From the NCBI GenBank assembly GCA_017510525.1, contig JAFWNC010000008.1:11119-75118 (forward strand): a DNA stretch of 64,000 nucleotides, in the 5' to 3' direction. A program made the translations under genes and the position numbers. The DNA comes from Clostridia bacterium. GTDB lineage: Bacteria; Bacillota; Clostridia; TANB77; CAG-508. Within the stretch, counting starts at the first letter, position 1. Every line of letters begins with the position of its first letter. Shown here piece after piece: positions 1-9,842 of this stretch. A model generated the notes under the pieces. The model did not search any database and was not told where the DNA came from. It saw nothing but the letters and a program-made list of their open reading frames with translations.

Positions 1-1102
1 CATAAACTGGTGCACCATATAAAAATTCTACACCATCAAAAACTGCTTGTTGGCCAGATGATGTTATTTTTGCACCCATTTTATTTAATTCTTCAGTATA
101 TTGAAAACGTGAATTCCATATACTCTCATTTATTATACTTGTTCCACTTGAAATTGCTAAACAAACTCCCATTTGAGGTTGAAGGTCTGTTGGAAATCCA
201 GGGTATGGTAATGTCTTGATATTGGCCTTTGTAGTTCTTTTACTCCACCATACATGAACATTTTCTTCATCAGCTTCAACATTGCCACCAATTTCAAGTA
301 TCTTTGCTATTACAGGTTCTAAGTGTTTTGTAATACAGTTTTTTACTAAAATATCACCTTTTGAAGCAATAGCTGATAACATGAATGTTCCAGCTTCAAT
401 TTGATCAGGAACAACTGAATAAGTAGCATTTCCCTTTAATTCTTTAACACCATTTATTCTTATAATATCTGTTCCAGCTCCTCTAATATCAGCACCCATT
501 GTATTTAAAAAGTTTGCTAAATCAACAACATGAGGTTCTTTAGCTGCATTATCAATTGTAGTAGTTCCTTCTGCTAAAACACTAGCTATCATTATATTCA
601 TAGTAGCTCCAACAGAAACAATATCTAAATATATTGAGTTAGCTTTTAATTTATCACAAGTTGCTGTTATACTTCCACCACCAACTTTTACTTTTGCTCC
701 AAGGGCTTCAAATCCTTTTATATGTTGGTCAATAGGTCTTGGACCTAAATTACATCCTCCTGGTGATCCAACTTCAGCTCTACCACATCTTCCCAATAAT
801 GCTCCAATTAAGTAATAAGAAGCTCTGAATTTTCTTGTTATATCTAAAGGTGCAGTTGTTGAATGTATATTTCTAGAATCAATTTCAACAGTATTTTTAC
901 CAATCCATTTAACTTTAGCACCTAAATGTTCTAATATTTCACAATATAATTTTACATCACTAATATGAGGTAAGTTTTCTATCGTACAAACTCCATTTAT
1001 AAGAATTGTAGCAGGAATTATTGCTACAGCAGCATTTTTTGCTCCACTTATTTCAACTTCACCTTTTAAAGGTGTAGGTCCTGATATTACTAGCTTTTCC
1101 AA
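1..1102 (-). CDS. murA: UDP-N-acetylglucosamine 1-carboxyvinyltransferase (MurA), N-terminal ~367 aa; the C-terminus runs off the window start
   Basis: Reverse-complement translation begins (TTG)EKLVISGPTPLKGEVEISGAKNAAVAIIPATIL... and continues as a typical MurA to position 1. TTG start at 1100-1102 lies 8 nt downstream of GGAGG (complement of 1111-1115). Confidence 0.9.
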   Translation of the reverse strand, partial: MEKLVISGPTPLKGEVEISGAKNAAVAIIPATILINGVCTIENLPHISDVKLYCEILEHLGAKVKWIGKNTVEIDSRNIHSTTAPLDITRKFRASYYLIGALLGRCGRAEVGSPGGCNLGPRPIDQHIKGFEALGAKVKVGGGSITATCDKLKANSIYLDIVSVGATMNIMIASVLAEGTTTIDNAAKEPHVVDLANFLNTMGADIRGAGTDIIRINGVKELKGNATYSVVPDQIEAGTFMLSAIASKGDILVKNCITKHLEPVIAKILEIGGNVEADEENVHVWWSKRTTKANIKTLPYPGFPTDLQPQMGVCLAISSGTSIINESIWNSRFQYTEELNKMGAKITSSGQQAVFDGVEFLYGAPVY

Positions 1103-1178
1103 AATATATCCCTCCAAATTATTAATATACTAATTAATTCCCAAAGAATATATCATAAAATTGAATGTTTTACAAGTA

Positions 1179-1799
1179 TTAATTAAATAGTTCTATAATT
1201 TTAAATTTTAATTTAATATCAAAACTATTTTCTGAAATTATAGATAGTTCCTCTTCAGAGAGATTATTTTTAAGTATATTTATTGATTTTTCTTCCATTT
1301 TACAGGTTGTGTTGTCTAATAGACAAAGAGGTGGAAACATTACACACCACCAGTTTTGACCTTCTGCTTTACCAATTTTAATTTTTATACCATCGTAATT
1401 TCCTGATGGGAAAGAAATGTTTTCATATTCTTTTTTTGGAAAATAGAAATTTCCAATTTCAACTGAAACGGGGTAGTTATATCCTTCTTCTTTAATTCTA
1501 TTTTCTGCAACTTTTGTTATTTTATCAATATGATAATTTGCAAATTCTATAAATTCTTCTTTTGTATTAATATTTGATGTGTGCGAATTAATATATTCTA
1601 AAACGGAATCTCTTACTTTCAGTTTTAATTCTTGGTCTCCTTCTGTGTCGCTATTTGCTATTACATGTAATCTAAAGATGGAACTCGAAATATCTGAGAA
1701 CACAGCGTTTGAGTAGTTAATTGCTGAAATTGTTACGAAAAAGATGAAGAGTAATATAAGAATTATGTGATATTGATATTTTTTAATAAAATTTAACAT
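1179..1799 (-). CDS. spoIIR: stage II sporulation protein R (SpoIIR)
   Basis: ORF track 1179..1853. Internal Met MLNFIKKY... is preceded by GGAGAAATAC. N-terminal membrane-spanning (TM) segment, then HVIANSDTEGDQELKLKVRDSVLEYI, a typical SpoIIR signature. Confidence 0.8.
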   Translation of the reverse strand: MLNFIKKYQYHIILILLFIFFVTISAINYSNAVFSDISSSIFRLHVIANSDTEGDQELKLKVRDSVLEYINSHTSNINTKEEFIEFANYHIDKITKVAENRIKEEGYNYPVSVEIGNFYFPKKEYENISFPSGNYDGIKIKIGKAEGQNWWCVMFPPLCLLDNTTCKMEEKSINILKNNLSEEELSIISENSFDIKLKFKIIELFN

Positions 1800-1914
1800 G
1801 GTATTTCTCCTTATAGGGTTATTTCTTCGAAGATGGAAATGTTCGATTCCCACAGTTCAATTATTGACATGTTTGTGATTATTATACATGTCGAATTTAG
1901 GCGTACGAATGTTG

Positions 1915-1943
1915 TTGACATTTTTGTAACACAATGGTAATAT
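1915..1943 (+). promoter_or_regulatory. sigma-A-type promoter TTGACA-17-TAATAT
   Basis: ttgaca at 1915-1920, 17-nt spacer, taatat at 1938-1943. It sits about 35 nt upstream of the 1976 ORF. Confidence 0.4.
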
Positions 1944-1975
1944 TTACCAGTAAGAAATTCTAGGAGGTTTTATAT

Positions 1976-2455
1976 ATGTTTGAAAATAAGAAAACGGAGA
2001 GGATTTGTAGTTTATATGTAAATGAAATGCATCTTGTAGTTATGTTGATTCCATATATAGAAAAAAATCTAGAAAGAAACGTTAAAATAGTAACTATATT
2101 AGAAAAAGATTTAAACAATGAATTGGATGTTTTATTAGAAAGAACTAATCTAAATGAGAGTAAAAAGAAAAAAATTAGAGAAATAAATTGGGATAGTAAG
2201 AAATTAGATGAAATTGAAAAACTAAATTTAAAAAATGGAATTGTAATTATAAATGGTAGCAGAGAGTTTGTAGAAAGAGTTAATTTTCTAATTGAAAATA
2301 AAGCTGAAAAAATTATTAATTGTATAAAATTAGAAGATTTTGAGAAAAGAGCTAGTAGTGTTTTAGAAAAACATGACAAAATTTTAAATACTTTGGGTGA
2401 ACGTGAAATATCTGAGGTTTTTCATATAGATTTAAGGAATAATGTTAGGTTATAA
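1976..2455 (+). CDS. hypothetical protein, 159 aa, Lys/Glu-rich
   Basis: ATG preceded by TAGGAGG. No family recognised. Confidence 0.6.
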   Translation: MFENKKTERICSLYVNEMHLVVMLIPYIEKNLERNVKIVTILEKDLNNELDVLLERTNLNESKKKKIREINWDSKKLDEIEKLNLKNGIVIINGSREFVERVNFLIENKAEKIINCIKLEDFEKRASSVLEKHDKILNTLGEREISEVFHIDLRNNVRL

Positions 2456-2495
2456 ATATTTGAATTTTTTAAAAAAAGCGTACCAAATCATATTT

Positions 2496-2524
2496 GGGGC
2501 GGGCATGGAAACCCGCCCCTACAG
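2496..2524. repeat. GC-rich REP-like palindromic element (family 1)
   Basis: ggggcgggcatggaaacccgcccctacag. 8-bp GC stem. Nearly identical copy at 28994-29022. Confidence 0.7.
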
Positions 2525-2564
2525 TTGTTAATTTGGTGTTCGCTTAAAAATAAATGTTTTCATC

Positions 2565-2593
2565 TTGACTTATAGACTTTAAAGATATATTAT
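2565..2593 (+). promoter_or_regulatory. sigma-A-type promoter TTGACT-17-TATTAT
   Basis: ttgact 2565-2570, 17-nt spacer, tattat 2588-2593. Upstream of the 2629 start. Confidence 0.45.
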
Positions 2594-2628
2594 ATGTGTA
2601 CACTGTAATATATAAAGGAGGTACCTAT

Positions 2629-5592
2629 ATGGCTGATGACTATTCAAAAGCAAAAGAGATTCTAAAGAAATATAATCAGGAACATTTATTACTTAAATAT
2701 GATGAGCTTAGTAAGTCAAAGCAAAAAGAATTATTAAGTCAAATATTATCTATTAATTTTGATTTAATGAAAGAACTATATGAAAATGCTAATAAAAAGG
2801 TTGATTATAAAAAATCAAATATTGAACCTATTGAATATATTGATAAATCAAAACTAACTGTATCTGAGAGAAAAAGATATGAAGAAAAAGGTATAGAAGC
2901 CATTAAGCTAAATAAATTTGCAGTAGTAACTATGGCTGGTGGACAAGGCACTAGACTTGGTCATAATGGTCCAAAAGGAACTTTTGATATGGGTCTAGAT
3001 TCTCATAAATCTTTATTTGAGCTTTTATGCGAGACTCTTAAAAGAGCTAGAAGCGAATATGGTGTTGTTATTCCTTGGTATATTATGACAAGTAGAGAGA
3101 ATAATGAAGAAACAGTTAGGTTTTTTGAAAATAATAAATATTTTGGATATCCTAAAAATGCGGTTCATTTCTTTATTCAAGGTGAATTACCTATGCTTGA
3201 TTTAGAAGGTAAAATATTACTTGATGAAAATGGATTAGTAAAACAAGCTGCTGATGGACATGGTGGTACATTAAAAGCACTTGGTAAAAATAAAATACTT
3301 GATGAATGGAAAGAAAATGGAATTGAGTGGATTTTCGTAAGTGGTGTTGACAATGTTCTAGTAAAATCTGTTGATCCATTATTAATAGGAATGTCAATTG
3401 AAAATAAGGTATTAGGTGCTGTTAAAACAATAGAAAAAACTGATCCAGAGGAAAAGGTTGGTGTTTTCTGTAGAAAGAATAAAAAAGTTGCAGTAATGGA
3501 ATACACTGAGATCTCTCATGAAATGGCAAATATGAGAGATAAATATGGTGCATTGGTTTATGGTGATGCAAATGCTGTTTTCCATTTATACAATATCAAA
3601 GGCTTAGAGAGAGTAAGTAATATGAGATTACCTTATCATACTGCTGTTAAAAAAGCTAAATATATTGATAAAAAAGGAAAATTGATTATACCTGAAAAAC
3701 CAAATGCTTATAAATTTGAATTATTTATATTTGATTCATATGAGATGCTAGATGATGTAGTTGTTTTAAGAGTAAAAAGAGAAGAAGAATTTGCTCCAAT
3801 AAAAAATGCTGAAGGTGTCGACAGTCCGGAGACAGCTAGAAAATTGTATACGGATTACTGGAATAAAGTTGCTTATATGAAGAAATTTGAAGAATGGTGT
3901 ACAAATCCTTTAATTGATAGTGATACAAAAGAGGAGCTTTTAGATATTAGAGGAAATGATGAAGAAATAAAAGATAGATTTTATAAGGATCTAGATTTTG
4001 GAACAGCTGGACTAAGAGGAGTTATTGGAGCAGGAACAAATAGAATGAATAAATATACTGTTTCAAAGGCAACTCAAGGATTAGCAAATTATATTATAAA
4101 ACAAGGTACAGAGAGAAAAGGTGTTGTAATTGCATATGATTCTAGAAACATGTCTAGAGAGTTTAGTGAATATGCAGCGCTTTGTTTAAATGCTAATGGA
4201 ATTAAAACATTTATTTTTGATGAATTAAGACCTGTTCCAGAGTTATCATTTGCTGTTAGAGAATTAGGTGCTACAGCTGGTGTAATGATTACAGCAAGCC
4301 ATAATCCACCACAATATAATGGATATAAAGTATATTGGGATGATGGTGCACAAATTGTTGCTCCAAGAGATAGAGAGATAATTGATGAAGTAAATAAAGT
4401 TACTGATTATTCAATGGTTAAAACTATTTCAAGAGAAGAAGCAGGAAAAAGATGTTTATATCATACTATTGGAAAATCAATAGATGACATGTATAATAGA
4501 ACACTTAAGAATTTATCAATAAATCCTGATATTATTAAAGAAGTTGAAAAAGACATAAAAATTGTTTATACACCTCTTCATGGTGCTGGAAATAAAGCTG
4601 TTCAAAGAGTTCTTTCTGATCTTGGATTTACTAATGTATATGTTGTTCCAGAACAAGAATTACCTGATGGAAATTTCCCAACTGTTAGTTATCCAAACCC
4701 TGAAGAACCTAAAGCCTATGAATTAGCTTTAAAACTAGCTAAAAAGGTTGATGCTGATATTATTTTAGCTACAGACCCTGATTCTGATAGATTAGGTATT
4801 TTTGTTAAAAATGTTAAAACTGGTGAATATATTTTATATACAGGAAACATGACAGCATTATTAATTGCTGAATATATTCTTTCTCAAAGAAAAGAAAAAG
4901 GAACTCTTCCTAAAAATGGTGCTATTATAAAGACAATAGTTTCTTCAAATTTAACTGACGATATAGCTGATTTTTACAAAATGAAATTAATTGAAGTGTT
5001 AACTGGATTTAAATATATTGGAGAGCAAATAAGAGGATTTGAGAAAAATCATAAGCATGAATATGTTTTTGGTTTTGAAGAAAGTTTTGGTTGCTTAGTT
5101 GGAACACATGCAAGAGATAAAGACGGAATTGTTGCTGTAATGATGCTAGCTGAAGCGGCAGCTTTTTATAAAAAGCAAGGATTAACGTTATGGGATCAAA
5201 TGCTTAATATTTATGAGAAATATGGTTATTATAAAGAAGCTCAAACTTCAATTGTTCTAAGTGGAGCTGAAGGAGCTGAAAAGATTAAGGAACTTATGAA
5301 TAATTTAAGAAACAATCCTCCAAAAAAATTTGGAAAGTTCAAAATTGTAGCTATTAGGGATTATGATAAAGGTGTTCGAATTGAGCTTGAAACTGGAAAA
5401 GAGGAAAAGATTACTCTTCCTAAATCTAATGTTCTTTATTATGAGCTTGAAAATAATGAATGGTGTTGTGCAAGACCTTCTGGAACAGAGCCTAAAGTTA
5501 AGTTCTATATGGGGGTTAAGGGCAAAAACATGGAAGACGCTGAAGAAAGATTAGCAAATTTAAAAAGTGAAGTTTTAAATATAGTTGAATAA
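2629..5592 (+). CDS. bifunctional fusion: N-terminal UDP-sugar (UDP-GlcNAc/UDP-Glc) pyrophosphorylase (UDPGP/UAP family) joined to C-terminal alpha-D-phosphohexomutase (phosphoglucomutase/phosphomannomutase)
   Basis: Start MADDYSK follows AAAGGAGG. N-terminal half carries MAGGQGTRLG, WYIMTS and DGHGG (UDPGP family). C-terminal half carries GTAGLRG, TASHNPPQYNGYKVY, DPDSDR, GEESFG and RPSGTEPKVKFY (PGM family). A single uninterrupted frame; the internal MKKFEEW has no RBS. Confidence 0.8.
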   Translation: MADDYSKAKEILKKYNQEHLLLKYDELSKSKQKELLSQILSINFDLMKELYENANKKVDYKKSNIEPIEYIDKSKLTVSERKRYEEKGIEAIKLNKFAVVTMAGGQGTRLGHNGPKGTFDMGLDSHKSLFELLCETLKRARSEYGVVIPWYIMTSRENNEETVRFFENNKYFGYPKNAVHFFIQGELPMLDLEGKILLDENGLVKQAADGHGGTLKALGKNKILDEWKENGIEWIFVSGVDNVLVKSVDPLLIGMSIENKVLGAVKTIEKTDPEEKVGVFCRKNKKVAVMEYTEISHEMANMRDKYGALVYGDANAVFHLYNIKGLERVSNMRLPYHTAVKKAKYIDKKGKLIIPEKPNAYKFELFIFDSYEMLDDVVVLRVKREEEFAPIKNAEGVDSPETARKLYTDYWNKVAYMKKFEEWCTNPLIDSDTKEELLDIRGNDEEIKDRFYKDLDFGTAGLRGVIGAGTNRMNKYTVSKATQGLANYIIKQGTERKGVVIAYDSRNMSREFSEYAALCLNANGIKTFIFDELRPVPELSFAVRELGATAGVMITASHNPPQYNGYKVYWDDGAQIVAPRDREIIDEVNKVTDYSMVKTISREEAGKRCLYHTIGKSIDDMYNRTLKNLSINPDIIKEVEKDIKIVYTPLHGAGNKAVQRVLSDLGFTNVYVVPEQELPDGNFPTVSYPNPEEPKAYELALKLAKKVDADIILATDPDSDRLGIFVKNVKTGEYILYTGNMTALLIAEYILSQRKEKGTLPKNGAIIKTIVSSNLTDDIADFYKMKLIEVLTGFKYIGEQIRGFEKNHKHEYVFGFEESFGCLVGTHARDKDGIVAVMMLAEAAAFYKKQGLTLWDQMLNIYEKYGYYKEAQTSIVLSGAEGAEKIKELMNNLRNNPPKKFGKFKIVAIRDYDKGVRIELETGKEEKITLPKSNVLYYELENNEWCCARPSGTEPKVKFYMGVKGKNMEDAEERLANLKSEVLNIVE

Positions 5593-5596
5593 ACGT

Positions 5597-5630
5597 AAAA
5601 TTGGGCGGGGTTTCATCCCTGCCCAATTTT
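5597..5630 (+). terminator. GC-rich hairpin plus T-run; REP-like family 1 variant that also serves as terminator
   Basis: aaaattgggcggggtttcatccctgcccaatttt immediately after the stop codon. Confidence 0.6.
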
Positions 5631-5827
5631 ATCTTATATAAGCTCATTATTTTTTAATATAATATTGCTTTTTTTTAAAACATATAATAAAATAAGGACA
5701 CTATTTAGGGCTTTTACAAGTAATATATCACAAAAAGTAAAAAACTTTTTCTTGATTTTAATATAAAGTGACAATATTTTTAATAATTATAGTGTTTAAT
5801 TATAAGAAAAAGTAAGAGGTGGTAAGG

Positions 5828-8266
5828 ATGTTTCAAAATTTAGCGGAAGAAATTATGCAAAAAAAAGAGGATGTTAAATTTAATAAAATAAAGACTAATT
5901 TAATTGGCAGAGTTTTTAAAATTCAAAATATAATCGTTTATATTTTATCTTTTTTAATATCTACAGTTAAGGTAGATGATTCAATTGCTCCTTTTGGAAT
6001 GGCTATGTTTGCAGCAGCCTGTGGAAGTAAGATTCCTGCAGGAGTTGTTTTAGCAAGTACTATGGCTGCTACGCTAATAAGTTTTGGTGTTAATGAATTA
6101 TTAACTTATTCTTTGACTGTTCTTGTTTTTGTTTTATCAGTAATCGTTTTAAAACCCAGAATTGAAGATGATAGAAATGAAAGAGGAAAACTTGGAAAAA
6201 ATGTTATTTTTTCTATTTTAGTTGTACAAGCTATCAGAATTTTTACAGGTACTGTATTGGTTTATGATATAGTGTTTGTAGTTGTTACAGCAATTATGAC
6301 TTATATCTTTTATAAAATTTTTGTAAATAGTTTAAATGTTATTGAAGAGATTAAAACAAAAAGAGCATTTACAATTGAAGAAATAATTGGTGCTACTGTT
6401 TTTATTTCAATAGCAGCTGTATCTCTTTCAGAATTTAGAATCTATGGACTTTCTGTATCAAATATTATAGCTATATTCCTAATATTAGTATTAGGATGGA
6501 GAAATGGAATATTGGTTGGTTCAACAGCTGGTGTTTCAATTGGAATGGTTCTAGGTGTTATAGGAGTTGTTACACCTTTACAAATCCTTTCTTTTGCGAT
6601 TTCAGGATTAATTTCAGGTGCTCTAAGTAGATTTGGAAAATTTGGTGTTGCTTTCGGATTTTTAATCGGAAATACTGTTTTGTCTTATATTTCAACAGGC
6701 ACAACAATACAGATATTGCAATTTCAAGAGATACTTATAGCTTCTGTTGGTTTAATTTTTGTTCCTAAATATGTTGAAATAAATATTGAAAGTATAATTG
6801 GCACTACTAAGTTGTTAGCACCACCAATTGATAATGGATTATCAGAGAAAAGAGACTTAAGTTTTAAACTAAAGAATATTTCGTCAACGATAACCGAAAT
6901 GATTAAAAGTTACGGGATTACAGAAGAGGATAAAATTATAGAGGAGCTTGAGGGAATTAATACTAGTAGAGAAATGTTTGTAGAAGATTTTTTAAATAAT
7001 ATAGATGCTTTCCCTAATAATTTTCTATATGAAGATCTTGTGGATGTTCAGAATGGCTTAATTGAGGATATATATGTAACTATAGTTAAACAAGGAGAAA
7101 TATCGGAAAACGATTTAATTAAAATATTTGAAAAGAGAAATAATTTTATTATAGATGATCAAGATAATGACTTAATAAGAATGGATGTAGAGCAAATAGT
7201 AAGAATAGCAAATCGAACATATAAGGTTAATGAATTAAACTTCTCATGGAAAAAGAAGTTACAAGAAAACAAGACGACTATTTCTAAAGCTATGAAAGGT
7301 GTTTCAAAAGCTATAACTGATATAGCTGAAGATATATCTAAACCTAAAGAGACAGAGTTTAAAGAAAAAGAAAAGATAATAACACAAACGCTTTCACAAA
7401 AGGGTATTAGTATTATTGATATAAAAATGAGACAAAATAGAGTTGGCAAGTATTTTATTGATCTATTTTTGGAAAATGATATTACTAAAGATGAAATTAG
7501 ATTTATTGAAAATATTTTTACAAAAGTATGTAATGAAAGAATAATTTTTAGAAAAGACTCTAAGCATTTAGATTTAGAAAACTATATGCAAAAGTATTCT
7601 TCAGAAGATAAATATACTGTTCAAATTGGTGTTTCTAAAGTAGCTAAATCAGGTAATAATATTTCAGGTGATAGTGATATTCAAATTAAACTTGATGATG
7701 ATAAATATTTATTATCTATTTCTGATGGAATGGGTTCAGGTCAAGAAGCTAGAAAGAGTAGCCAAATTGTTGTTAGAATGCTTAAAAAACTATTATCAGC
7801 AGGATTTGAGAAGAATGATTCTTTGGAATTAATAAATTCTACAATAAAACTTTCTAATGAAGAAATATATGCAACTATGGATACAGCTATATTAGATTTA
7901 TATTCTGGACAAGTTGAATTTATTAAGAATGGTGCTGTTAATACATTCATCAAAAATGATAAAAATATTGATGAAGTGATTTCAAATTCTTTACCTTTAG
8001 GTATTCTGAATAGTGTTGATTTCACAGCTTGTGATAAAGAAATAAAAGATGGTGACATTATTGTTATGTGCAGTGATGGAATCATTGATTCAAATCAAGA
8101 GTCAGATGATGATAAATGGTTTGTTAAATTACTTAAAAATGTTCATACAAATAATGTTCAGAGAATGGCTGATATTATTCTAAATGAAGCAATTGATAAT
8201 AATTATGGAATAGCAAAAGATGACATGACTGTTATTGTTGCTAAAATTGGACTTAAGAAAAATTAA
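5828..8266 (+). CDS. spoIIE: stage II sporulation protein E (SpoIIE), membrane-bound PP2C phosphatase
   Basis: About 10 N-terminal TM helices. C-terminal PP2C motifs ISGDSD...LSISDGMGSGQEA. AAGAGG sits 8 nt upstream of the ATG at 5828. Confidence 0.9.
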   Translation: MFQNLAEEIMQKKEDVKFNKIKTNLIGRVFKIQNIIVYILSFLISTVKVDDSIAPFGMAMFAAACGSKIPAGVVLASTMAATLISFGVNELLTYSLTVLVFVLSVIVLKPRIEDDRNERGKLGKNVIFSILVVQAIRIFTGTVLVYDIVFVVVTAIMTYIFYKIFVNSLNVIEEIKTKRAFTIEEIIGATVFISIAAVSLSEFRIYGLSVSNIIAIFLILVLGWRNGILVGSTAGVSIGMVLGVIGVVTPLQILSFAISGLISGALSRFGKFGVAFGFLIGNTVLSYISTGTTIQILQFQEILIASVGLIFVPKYVEINIESIIGTTKLLAPPIDNGLSEKRDLSFKLKNISSTITEMIKSYGITEEDKIIEELEGINTSREMFVEDFLNNIDAFPNNFLYEDLVDVQNGLIEDIYVTIVKQGEISENDLIKIFEKRNNFIIDDQDNDLIRMDVEQIVRIANRTYKVNELNFSWKKKLQENKTTISKAMKGVSKAITDIAEDISKPKETEFKEKEKIITQTLSQKGISIIDIKMRQNRVGKYFIDLFLENDITKDEIRFIENIFTKVCNERIIFRKDSKHLDLENYMQKYSSEDKYTVQIGVSKVAKSGNNISGDSDIQIKLDDDKYLLSISDGMGSGQEARKSSQIVVRMLKKLLSAGFEKNDSLELINSTIKLSNEEIYATMDTAILDLYSGQVEFIKNGAVNTFIKNDKNIDEVISNSLPLGILNSVDFTACDKEIKDGDIIVMCSDGIIDSNQESDDDKWFVKLLKNVHTNNVQRMADIILNEAIDNNYGIAKDDMTVIVAKIGLKKN

Positions 8267-8273
8267 AAAAGTA

Positions 8274-8302
8274 TTGACAAATTTTTTTTATGAACTTATA
8301 AT
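8274..8302 (+). promoter_or_regulatory. consensus sigma-A promoter TTGACA-17-TATAAT driving the metK leader
   Basis: ttgaca 8274-8279, tataat 8297-8302. Confidence 0.6.
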
Positions 8303-8311
8303 ACCTTTAAT

Positions 8312-8440
8312 ATATGTTATCGAGAGTGGACGAGAGAATCGGCTTTATGACTCCACAGCAACCTATTAATTTAGGTGCTAATACCGACAAAGTTACTTTT
8401 ATAGTGCTTTGGATGATGATTTATTAGATAGTATAGATTG
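8312..8440 (+). ncRNA. SAM-I (S-box) riboswitch leader of metK
   Basis: gttatcgagagtggacgagagaatcggctttatgactccacagcaacc...ggtgctaataccgac resembles the S-box core (YTTATCAAGAG...GCAACC...GGTGCTAAT). It sits 5' of metK and is followed by an intrinsic terminator. Confidence 0.55.
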
Positions 8441-8445
8441 TTAGA

Positions 8446-8478
8446 CCTTTGTGCTATTTAAGGCACAAGGGTTTTTTT
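8446..8478 (+). terminator. riboswitch expression-platform terminator
   Basis: cctttgtgctatttaaggcacaaggg followed by T7. Confidence 0.6.
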
Positions 8479-8488
8479 AAAACCTAAA

Positions 8489-8516
8489 CTGTAGGGGCGG
8501 GTTCCTATGCCCGCTA
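8489..8516. repeat. REP-like element, family 1
   Basis: ctgtaggggcgggttcctatgcccgcta. Confidence 0.6.
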
Positions 8517-8563
8517 AAGAATAACATATATGTAATAATAAATGTTGAAAGGAATGAAGTATT

Positions 8564-9706
8564 ATGAGAAAACTATTTACGTCAGAAAGTGTTACAGAAG
8601 GACATCCAGATAAATTGTGTGATTATATTTCAGATAGTGTTTTGGATAGTTTTTTTGCAGAAGATGAGAATTCAAGAGTTGCTTGTGAGACAGTAGCAGG
8701 AAAAGGAGTTGTTTTTATTACAGGAGAGATAAGTTCCAATGCTAATGTTGATATTGAGAAGGTTGCTAGAAATGCAATAAAAGAAGTTGGATATTTTGGA
8801 GAGAATTATGATATTGATTATAATACATGCAAAATTGTTGTTAATGTGTCTAAACAATCCCCAGATATTGCGCAAGGTGTGGATAATTCTTTAGAAGATA
8901 AAGAAGGAGAAGCGGTTAATTCAGAGGGAGCTGGAGATCAAGGATTAATGTTTGGATTTGCTTGTGATGAAACAGAGGAGTTAATGCCTCTTCCAATTTC
9001 ATTGGCTCATAAGCTTTCTAAGAAATTAACTGATGTTAGAAAAGAAGGAATAATTGACTATATAGGAGCTGATGGAAAAGTACAGGTTACTGTAGAATAT
9101 GAAGATTCAAATCCTGTAAGAATTGATACAATCGTTGTTTCAGTTCAACATAGAGAAGATGTTTCGTTAGATCAGCTTAAGAGAGATATTAAAGAAAAGG
9201 TAATTAAAGAAGTTGTACCACCAGAATTATTAGATGACAATACTAGATTTTTTATAAATCCAACAGGTAGATTTGTAATTGGCGGACCTTTAGGGGATAG
9301 CGGACTTACTGGAAGAAAAATTATTGTTGATACATATGGTGGATATAGTCGTCATGGTGGTGGCGCTTTTTCAGGAAAAGATCCAACAAAGGTTGATAGA
9401 TCTGCTGCTTATATGGCAAGACATGTTGCAAAAAATGTTGTTGCAAATGGATATGCTAAAAGGTGTGAAATCCAGTTCGCTTATAGTATTGGTGTAGCTA
9501 AACCGGTTTCAATTTATATTGATACCTTTGGAACTAATAGTATTCCTGAAAGTGAAATATTAGATAAGATTAATAAAAAATTTGATTTAACACCAAGAGG
9601 TATTATTAATTATTTAGAACTAAGAAAACCTATTTATAGAAAGACAACCAATTATGGCCATTTTGGAAGGGAAGGACTTCCATGGGAAGAAGTTATAGAA
9701 TTATAA
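8564..9706 (+). CDS. metK: S-adenosylmethionine synthetase
   Basis: [20 protein letters not shown]..., [12 protein letters not shown], full length 380 aa. Confidence 0.95.
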   Translation: MRKLFTSESVTEGHPDKLCDYISDSVLDSFFAEDENSRVACETVAGKGVVFITGEISSNANVDIEKVARNAIKEVGYFGENYDIDYNTCKIVVNVSKQSPDIAQGVDNSLEDKEGEAVNSEGAGDQGLMFGFACDETEELMPLPISLAHKLSKKLTDVRKEGIIDYIGADGKVQVTVEYEDSNPVRIDTIVVSVQHREDVSLDQLKRDIKEKVIKEVVPPELLDDNTRFFINPTGRFVIGGPLGDSGLTGRKIIVDTYGGYSRHGGGAFSGKDPTKVDRSAAYMARHVAKNVVANGYAKRCEIQFAYSIGVAKPVSIYIDTFGTNSIPESEILDKINKKFDLTPRGIINYLELRKPIYRKTTNYGHFGREGLPWEEVIEL

Positions 9707-9715
9707 AAAAGTTTG

Positions 9716-9740
9716 TAGCGGAGAACTTGAGTTCTCCATA
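9716..9740. repeat. family-2 palindromic element TAGCGGAGAACT-NN-AGTTCTCCATA
   Basis: tagcggagaacttgagttctccata. It contains GAAC-N4-GTTC. Other copies at 14858, 22736, 29045 and 35436. Confidence 0.6.
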
Positions 9741-9741
9741 A

Positions 9742-9762
9742 GTGGCGAAGCCACTTTTTTTT
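9742..9762 (+). terminator. intrinsic terminator of metK
   Basis: gtggcgaagccac followed by T8. Confidence 0.7.
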
Positions 9763-9842
9763 ATTATTTCTATTGAAATTTAGGTGGCGTTTGTGATATA
9801 GTTAGTTTGTAAAATTATAACTGTATAATTCAAGGAGGATGT

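Noticed and set aside
3177-8085. Minus-strand ORFs inside the UAP-PGM and spoIIE genes (3177..3506, 3191..3397, 7159..7449, 7741..8085) and the plus-strand ORF 5363..5554
   Set aside because: Embedded in or antisense to confidently assigned genes. Low-complexity and no RBS.
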